64,000 bases of DNA from the human T2T-CHM13v2.0 reference genome, Homo sapiens. Within the stretch, counting starts at the first letter, position 1. Every line of letters begins with the position of its first letter. Positions 50,368 to 64,000 of the stretch are shown here, in pieces. The position numbers were made by a program, and so were the translations under genes. Under the pieces are notes generated by a model. The model ran no database searches. It was given only the letters and a program-made list of their open reading frames with translations, and was not told the origin of the DNA. Where the stretch lies: the NCBI RefSeq assembly GCF_009914755.1, contig NC_060945.1. One strand, 5' to 3'.

Positions 50368-50434
50368 CCCCGCGCCGTGGCGACCTTGGATCCAGACACC
50401 TGGAGATGCTGAGCTGACCAGAACTGGAAGGCCG
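50368..50434 (+). CDS. RIPPLY3: RIPPLY3 exon 2, containing the WRPW Groucho/TLE-binding motif
   Basis: Acceptor gttccAG (50366-50367), donor CCG|GTAAGG; 67 nt; encodes [22 protein letters not shown] with WRPW at 50378-50389. Confidence 0.95.
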
Positions 50435-50749
50435 GTAAGGTTCAGTGCGGGCGTTGTAGGTAACCCTTCCAGCCAGAAAGTGGCATCGTCTTTTAAAATA
50501 CAGGGACCGTGAATGGCCTTCTGCGCAGGGCCGTCCCTTGGGCGTCTAACCCAGGAGCGCCTCGGGGTCTGGGAGTTGGAACCTGAATGAGTAAGGTGTT
50601 AATCAGACCTGACTCGCATTATAGATTGGGCTCCTGGTGGCTTCTCCTTCCTAAAAAAGCATACCCACTATAAAAGCATAATCGTAGGCTGGGCGCGGTG
50701 GCTCGGGCCTGTAATCTCAGCACTTTGGGAGGCCGAGACGGGTGGATCA

Positions 50750-50965
<216 letters not shown>

Positions 50966-52512
50966 TCAAAAAAAAAAAAAAAAAAAAAAACCGTAGTCGT
51001 TTCATGGGAATTATAAGGAATGTCCTCCCTGTTGCGGTTTCTTCTGCAAAGCAACAGGTCGGGAGGGGAGGGGAGAGGCTGCCACTATCGCTTGCCTTGG
51101 AGAAAAGCTTAGAGCACCATTAGCGTTGGGCCGGTGCCACAGAGCAAATAGGACTGAGCCCCATCTGAGGTGCCCAGAGTTGCCGTTAAAAGCCCCCACC
51201 CCGCGTCTGGCCCTTTCTGAAGCACTTTCAGCCCCGTCAAGCACTCCTGGGGTATCTCATGTTGTCTGAGCAAATACACTCAAGCAGAGGGCTTTGTGGG
51301 CAAGATTAATGACCTCCACCATTCTTTTGTTACTCTGCATTGGTAACTCAGTTGCTTTATACTTACTGATGTACTGACTTGCTTTCATAGAATTTACCTT
51401 TCCTTTGTTACATTTTAAAATATAAATTGATGACTTTTACTTAATTTTTTTTTTTTTGATGACTCTTAAAACACTGAAGAATTAGGCTGGGAAAGACCAT
51501 GTATTGAATTTACGTAACACGTGTTATATGGACTAACGTGCAGTTATTTGTAATATGGTAAGAAAACTTGATTGTGGGAAAACAGACCTTCACCGTATTT
51601 TGATATTTACACGACTTTATTAAATTAATCTGAATATTGGGAATTTTAATTTACTTCAAAGAAGGAAGCAGATAAAAGATAAATCAATTAACAAGAGATG
51701 ATTTTTAGTCCCCGATTATTTATACATATATCTAAATAATGTAAAATCCCTTCTTTTGCATTCAAACTTAGTTCTTAAACATAAAATTTAAAGGTGCTTG
51801 TGTGAGAATATAGATGTTTACAATTATCCAGTTTTCTTTTAAATGAAATGGATGTGGAGCCTATCAGTTTCTTGCAGGAATAAAAATACGATAGCACGCT
51901 CCCTAAGTAAGACAGATGGTTTTGGGTTTTGTTTTCTGTTTTGATAAGGCCGTTTGTGAGAAAAATTTACTTGCAGAGAAATGTTAAACGTTAACTTTCT
52001 CGCTGATCAGCAGGTAGCCTGTCACGCTGAAGTAGTTCTGTCCACGGATGTGGGTGTGGGAAGAGTGGTTGTTCCCTGGGGGCTGTAGAGCCCGCCAATC
52101 CTCACCCCTAGCCCGGAGCCCGCTCTTTGCAGAGCCCAGCTGGTTGCGCAGAGCGACCAGCGCCAGTCTGTGCTCTGGTACTGTGCACCGCCCTGGGTTC
52201 CCTGCAGTCCACCGACGAGAGCTGCCCAGCGCAGGGAAGGAACGCTTCTTGCTCAACAGCGCCCTCGCCCGACAAAGCAGGACAATTCCCCAGCTCCCAA
52301 GCCCTCTTCTGTATTTCTCAAAAATGCCATTGGCTGGAGTGGCGGTGAAGAGGACTAACGCCTGGTGACCTGTACCAGGGCTCCCGGCAAGCAAAGCAAA
52401 ACTAGAATAAAACCTCAAGTAGGCCGGGCGCGTGGCTCACCCTGTAATCTCAGCACTTTGGGAGGCCGAGGCGGTCGGATCATCTGAGGTCAGGAGTTCG
52501 AGACTGACCTCA

Positions 52513-52776
<264 letters not shown>

Positions 52777-54140
52777 TCACCCTCACCCACTTCATGCCCC
52801 TACAACACTTAGGGAGCTATCTCCCTCCCCTACCTGCACCTTTCTTGATCTCTGTTGCGTTTCCCTCCTGGCCACTTGCGGGCACTGTCAGGGAGGCAGT
52901 TTCCTGGAAAACATCAGGGACTGTTTGTTCTTCTGGGCCTGCCCTATCTGCCAGGCTCCCACTTCTTAGCCCTAGCCCGGTCAGAGACTCGAACGGGGAG
53001 GAGAAGGCTGACCCCCACTGAAAGCCTCTCTGCACCTGTCAGTCCTCAGGCTCATAGGAAAACACACTCGCACATATGTTAAACGCAGTGCTTGCGTTGT
53101 GCACATTTCTGTTCTCGTGTTTCATTATAAAATGTGAATATTTAGACATTTCCCTCAGCAGACAAAGGATCCTTTTGGAAAACAATCAGGATATTTATGG
53201 CATTTTTTTTTTTTTGAGGCGGAGTTTCGCTCTTGTCGCCCAGGCTGGAGTGCAATGGTGCAGTCTCAGCTCACTGCAATCTCAGCTCACTGCAGCCTCT
53301 GCCTCCCAGGTTCAAGCGATTCGCCTGCCTCAGCCTCCAAGTAGCTGGGATTACAAGCGTGCGCCACCACGCCCGGCTAATTTTTGTATTTGTAGTAGGG
53401 ACGGGGGTTTCACTATGTTGGCCAGGCTGGTCTCGAACTCCTGACCTCAGATCGTGATGCTCCTGCCTCCGCCTCCCACAGTGCTGGTAATTACGGGCGT
53501 GAGCCACTGCGCCCTGCCTGGCATAAAACTTTTAAAGCTGCATATGTTTGTGGGGTAAGGTTTTTAAAGTGGATAAAGGTGTGCTGAATGTTTTAACAGG
53601 GTCCAGTTAGAACTGGACGATTTACAGAAGTTATTCTTTCTCTGACACCTGCCACTGCCGAGTTAGGCCCTGTCTGATCGCAGGGCGCCAAATAGCCGTT
53701 AGCAGGGCAAGATTGCTTGTGGCCATAAAGTAGGGCCTGAGGAAATAGGAGTGTTTTATAATCACGAACAGAGCTTAACAAAGAAGCAGCTTCCTGTATC
53801 CCCCAAAGAGTGAACAACTTTATGGAAAAGATTTGGTTTCAAAGAGCCTCATCACTTTCTTAGCTCATCACAGTGAATTATGAAAATATGGCTGGGGCCG
53901 GGCGCGGTGTCTCACGCCTGTAATCCCAGCACTTTGGGAGGCCGAGGCGGGCGGATCATGAGATCAGGAGATCGAAACACGGTGAAACCCCATCTCTACT
54001 AAAAATACAAAAAATTAGCCGGGCGTGGTGGCATGCGCCTGTAGTCCCAGCTACTCGGGAGGCTGAGGCAGGAGAATCTCAGTGAGCCGAGATCGCACCA
54101 CTGCACTCCAGCCTGGGTGAGCAGAGTAAGACTCCGTCTC

Positions 54141-54173
<33 letters not shown>

Positions 54174-54375
54174 AGGGAAAATGTAATGTCTGCAGAGGCT
54201 CCTTACAGGCGAATTTGCTCATATATATCATGTGCACATTCCCTCCGCCACCCGCCCCAGCGTCCGTGCAGGATGGAATGGCGTGGAGATTCACGGTGTC
54301 AAAGTCCTTCCTTGTCAGGCCATAGTAAGTTTTGTCCTGTTTCTCATCTGGTTCCAATTGAACTTTGGAATCTGA

Positions 54376-55240
<865 letters not shown>

Positions 55241-55760
55241 TAGCTAAATTTTCAGATTCCACCCGCCTCAATCTCCCAAAATGCTGGTATTACAGGCATG
55301 AGCTACCACTCCCGGTACTGCCACTCTGAATTTGATGCTCTCCTCTGCCAAAATAGTCTTAGAATTGCAAACCCACATGCCACAGATGTCTCTGCGAGGC
55401 CCTTCATGAACCCGTTCCTGACCTTCCTTCATGCTTAGAATCATGGGTATCTTACCGTGTGATGCTTTGTAGCTGGTTATTAGCATACATGTGCGTCTCT
55501 GTCCATTAGATTGTAAAATGCTGGACTGAGGCACTGTGTCCAACTCCTTCCATCTGAATTCTTCACAGTGCCTGGGACATTTTGGGCCGCGGTAACAGGA
55601 ACACGGGCTTATCGAATACTGATAAGGTGTCTAAACTCTCTAAAATTGGTATTGATATGACCAACTGCAGATGACTTACGTTCTGTGGTTTAAAACCTCA
55701 GGATGTCACCTTCCGACACTCCTGCACTGTCTCTGTGTTTGTATGTGTCTGTCGTTACAG

Positions 55761-55828
55761 CTTGAACCTAGGGCTGACCAACACACTTTTGGATCAAAGG
55801 GAGCCTTTGGGTTTCAGCATCCTGTAAG
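55761..55828 (+). CDS. RIPPLY3: RIPPLY3 exon 3 ([23 protein letters not shown]), start of the Ripply homology domain
   Basis: Acceptor gtcgttacAG (55759-55760), donor AAG|GTAATA; 68 nt; FQHPVR is the Ripply/Bowline family signature. Confidence 0.95.
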
Positions 55829-56155
55829 GTAATATACGACTTCACAATAAGTAATCTGTAATTTCCTTTTAATATAGGCATTAATATGCTTTAGTGTCTT
55901 CAACCACATAGATTGTCAACAAAGTGGAAAATAATTCAATGTATTCTTTGGTATTGTTTAGTTTCCTTATACCAAGGAGATTTTGTTGGATTTCTGGAAT
56001 CCATTCATGTATTCATTCATTCAGTGTTTTCTACAAAGTGCAATTGGCCTCTCTCTTTTCTTTATACCTGTTATTTCTACTTCTCATTACAAATTGTGCC
56101 TTGTATTATATTTATATAATTGCATGTGAATTGTATATGCATATACAAAAACTTA

Positions 56156-56617
<462 letters not shown>

Positions 56618-57103
56618 CTAAGTGTGTGTCATGGTCCTGGTGGTGACCAGGATTCTCACTGCTGTATCCATCTACACTCTGTCCATTTTAGACAAGTGGC
56701 TCACGTTCAGGATTTCTGCCTGTCTCTCTGTCTCTGTCTCTCTCTTTTTCTCTGTCTGTCTCGCTCGATCTCCTTTACCAAAATTAACCTTGCCTGGGCC
56801 GCCTCCACCAGGTGCCTTTGCCCTGGTTACCCAAGAAGACTGGAAAGCTTAATACAACCCAAAGACACTCATGTGTAGGCATAAAGCTCAGTCTCCTCAG
56901 ACTGGTCAGAAGGAAGCTTCCCTTGTATGCCTTACACCAATAGTTTTCTTTTCTCTTCTGACATCTCACTCTGTCACCCAGCTTGGAGTGCAGTGGCACA
57001 ATCTCAGCTCACTGCAACCCCTGCCTCCTGAGCTTAAATGATCCTCCCACTTCACCCTCCTAAGTGGCTGGGACCACAGGTATGTGCCACCATGCTCTGC
57101 TAA

Positions 57104-57689
<586 letters not shown>

Positions 57690-58365
57690 TGATTAGTTGA
57701 AAATGCTGTGACTGACAAAGCATGAGCTGCAGCCATGCACTGCACACTGGATATACAATTTCACTTTATATTTTTATTACAGAAAATTTCAGACATACAC
57801 AAAAGTGGAGTGAATAGTACAGTGAACCCCATGTACCCATCACCGGCCTCAATAGTTATCAATGTTCTGAGCTCATCATATTTATCACCCGCAACTATGT
57901 TGTTGTTGTTGTTAGCATATTTTATTTTATTTATTTATTTTATTTTGAGATAGGGTCTTGCTCTGTTGCCCAGGCTGGAGTGCAGTGGTGTCATCCCAGC
58001 TCACTGCAGCCTCCACCTCCCCAGGCTTCCATCTCGGCCTCTGGAGTAGCTGGGACTACAGGTACAAACCACCACACCCAGCTAATTTTTTTTTTTTTTT
58101 TTTTTCAGATATGGGGTTTTGCCATGTTGCTCAGGCTGGTCTCAAACTCCTGGGCTCAAGTGATCCTCTTGCTTTGGCTTCCCAAAGTGCTGAGATTACA
58201 GACATGAGCCACTGTGTCCCACCCCAGCATATTCTAAAGCCAATCTCAGACATGCTAGGAATTCACCTGTGAATACTTCAGCATAAATACCTAATTGTAA
58301 ACATGGCTAAAAATGGAACTATGCTCATATTTCTGTCTTAGATGAACATACACATTCTGTCTGCT

Positions 58366-58562
58366 GCAGAATTCCTCAACCTCAGCACTATTGGCACTTT
58401 GGGCTGGATAATTCTTCACAGTGGGAGCTATCCTGGGCCTCGTAGGGTGTTTACCAGTATTCCTGGCCTCTACTCACTAAATGTCAGTAGCTTACCCTCC
58501 ATTGTGACAACCAAAAATGTCTCCAGACATTGCCAAATGTCCCCTCGAGGTCGAGAACCATT
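58366..58562. mobile_element. MER20 DNA transposon
   Basis: ctcaacctcagcactattggcactttgggctggataattctt..gtgacaaccaaaaatgtctccagacattgccaaatgtcccct..gagaacca. Confidence 0.8.
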
Positions 58563-59082
58563 GGTCTATTGGATATCTTATGAAGTAAAAAACTATCATC
58601 CATTATTTATAGAAGGGTGTTTTCTCTCTCCCTTTTCTCTTCTATCTGAAAAAAAAGGATATTGAAATCAGCTTTGCAAATAAGCAGTGATCAATTGACA
58701 AACTCACTTCTTCAGAAGACCACAGAGAAAAATGCAAATAAGTTAATGAATGAAAAGCAGGTCGAGGCATGGTGGCTCATACCTGTAATCTCACACTTTG
58801 GGAGGCCAAGGCAGGAGGATCACTTGAGCTCAGGAGTTGCAGACCAGCCTGGGCAATATGGCGAAACCCTGTCTCTATGAAAAATATAAAGAATTAGCTG
58901 GATGTGGTGGCATGCACCAGTAGTCTCAGCTACTCAGGAGGTTCAGGTGGGAGATGCTTGAGCCCAGGATTTCAAGGCTGCAGTAAGCTATGATTGCCTC
59001 ACTGTGCTCCAGCCTGGGTGGCAGAATGAGACCCTTTCTCAAAAACAAAAAAGAAAGAAAGTAAGTGAAGGATAAGAGATTA

Positions 59083-59214
<132 letters not shown>

Positions 59215-60084
59215 TTAGCCAGGCATGGTGGTGGGTGCCTGTAATCTCAGCTATTTGGGAGGCTGAGACAGGAGAATCACTGAACTCAGAAGGCAGAAGT
59301 TGCAGTGAGCTGAGATTGCGCCACTGCACTCCAGCCTGGGTGAGAGAGTAAGACTCCCTTTCAAAAAAAAAAAAAAAAAAAGATTACAGGGAGGGGGTAT
59401 CTTAATACTTGCCATGTATGAGCAAATCCAAAATCTTATAAAACCTGGAATTTAGGGGTTCCAAATTTTACATACTTAAGCACTTTCTTTTTTCTTTCTA
59501 TTTCCTTTTTTCCTAAGCACATCTTTTTTATTCTGGCAGAGCAAAGGACTTGTGCCTCCAATTTCTTTATGGCAACATCTGGAAAAATTAGCTGCTTCTC
59601 TAGACCAGGGTTTCAGAGATGTCAGAGTAAATTTCCTCCAGAACCCAAGGGGTTACAGCATTTCCCATGCTGCAGGGGACAGAGGGTGGGGTGGGAGAGT
59701 GGGGCTTCACCTAAATGGGACATCAATTATCCAAGAAGAGTCAAGTCCGCTATTTGATCAGAGTGAGCCTCCTAATCTTGGAACTCAGTGTTTTCAGTTG
59801 CCTTTTACCTTCCTTGAAGCACACCCTCTTCCTTGCGACTGTCTGAATTGACTGGCTCAGTCAGATTTATAACTCACTTCTGAACCGGGGTAGGTTTATC
59901 ACCAGGTGCCTCCAATAGGTGCCTAGAGTTCTCTGTTCTGATGACTTAAATTCTGTGTGTTGTGAAGGCAAAGACCAGAAAGGAAGACTGGGGAGTTCTC
60001 TGCTTCTGGGAAAAAGCACCCTCTAGAAGCAATTTAGGACGAGGTTCAGGTTGATTAATGGTATATTTGTTTCTTAAATATTAG

Positions 60085-60418
60085 AGTCTATTTACCCATG
60101 TCAAAGCGTCAAGAATACCTGCGGAGTTCCGGGGAGCAAGTACTGGCCAGTTTCCCAGTGCAAGCCACGATTGACTTCTACGACGATGAGTCTACTGAGT
60201 CTGCTTCCGAAGCTGAAGAGCCAGAGGAAGGACCCCCACCCCTCCATCTTCTGCCCCAGGAGGTGGGAGGTCGGCAGGAAAATGGCCCAGGGGGAAAGGG
60301 CAGAGACCAGGGCATCAACCAAGGGCAGCGATCCTCAGGAGGGGGTGACCACTGGGGGGAGGGTCCGCTCCCTCAAGGTGTCTCCTCAAGGGGTGGCAAG
60401 TGCTCCTCATCCAAATGA
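60085..60418 (+). CDS. RIPPLY3: RIPPLY3 exon 4 coding part ([12 protein letters not shown]...[14 protein letters not shown]...GKCSSSK*)
   Basis: Acceptor ttcttaaatattAG (60083-60084); FPVQ motif at 60152-60163, then an acidic tract; TGA 60416-60418. The four exons sum to 104+67+68+334=573 nt = 190 aa plus stop. Confidence 0.95.
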
Positions 60419-60880
60419 ATCAGTCTCTGTCTCCTGGGCCCTGCTCTGGGACCTGCCCCTCACGTTCTCTTGGGGACACCCGAGCCAGGACACTACGCAT
60501 CCCTGCTGAGTGTGCAGAGGCTAGAGGCTTCTCGGGCAGCCCCTGGCCTGCACACTACTCATGACAGAAAGTCAGCTTTTACTTTTCTTTCCCCTGGCAA
60601 TTCGTTTTTGGTGCACTCATGCATGCCTTTGAGAAAGGATTCTAGGAGAAAGAGAAGGTCTATGTCAACAGAGTTGTTATCTCATAGAGCCAGTTTTCAA
60701 AGCTCCTTCTGCATTGTCACTCACTGATCAGGTGATGAATTCTTCCTAGATAGTCGCCCACTCCACCTCCTACTTAACCTGAGACTCATTATTTAGCTAT
60801 TTCTGCTTTTGTAAAAATAATTCAGATATTAAACTCCAATTTTAATCTATCATCCAAGGGTAGATGTAGTTGCTTAGTAG

Positions 60881-61538
<658 letters not shown>

Positions 61539-61853
61539 TTAGATAAAAATGTATGTGATGACTGTATAAGGAGGCCTGTGTGTATGAATTTATAGGGAGT
61601 AGAACCGTCTCTCTTCTTAGTTGGTGACTGTTTGGGGCCTGGTATTTTAATAGATGAACACTACTTTTTTAATTTTTTATTTTTTTAACCCTACCCTTAA
61701 CCCATGAACACTATTTTTAATTAAAGTATCTGATGTAAAATTATTTTGAGTTTTTAATATTTTGATAAACGTGTATTCCTGAAACTTTTTGACTTACTTA
61801 TCTTACATGTGGTGTCTTCCTGTATATAGTACATTATATCAATTTCTACTTGA

Positions 61854-61859
61854 AATAAA
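61854..61859 (+). terminator. RIPPLY3: Polyadenylation signal AATAAA of RIPPLY3
   Basis: AATAAA with upstream TGTA elements and downstream T/GT-rich tracts. Confidence 0.7.
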
Positions 61860-62009
61860 TATTTTGAAAGAATGTTTGATAATCACCCTTTTTTGCTTAA
61901 GACATTTTTAGAATTAAATAGTTTCTGCTTTAAGGTTTTTTCATTTTTCATGGTTTTTAAAAATAATTCTTTTAAAATTATAACCTATTATTTTATTTCA
62001 GTATTCTGT

Positions 62010-64000
<1,991 letters not shown>

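Overview
Primate (human-like), extremely Alu-dense genomic DNA that I recognise as the HLCS / RIPPLY3 (DSCR6) locus of human chr21q22. The minus strand carries the 5' end of HLCS (holocarboxylase synthetase): a coding first exon at 8835-8641 in a CpG island, exon 2 at 4358-4224, and two further upstream CpG islands (~22.7-23.3 kb and ~32.0-32.8 kb) with minus-strand donor sites that look like alternative non-coding first exons. The plus strand carries the complete 4-exon RIPPLY3 gene (ATG 48985, stop 60418, 190 aa, WRPW and FPVQ motifs, AATAAA at 61854). Between them lie a processed MRPL20 pseudogene with target-site duplications and retained CpGs, a Y1 RNA retrocopy, several solo LTRs with intact TG..CA ends and TSDs, and DNA-transposon, L1, L2 and MIR fragments. 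Almost all ORFs in the supplied track are Alu-derived or GC-rich CpG-island artefacts. I see no wholly new gene system. The best leads are regulatory: promoter-dependent N-terminal extension of HLCS, an inverted-Alu/alternative-polyadenylation switch in the RIPPLY3 3'UTR, WRPW-less RIPPLY3 isoform options, and a CpG-rich pseudogene with an open 84-codon ORF. Repeat family names are from memory of consensus sequences and repeat boundaries are approximate unless a TSD is quoted.
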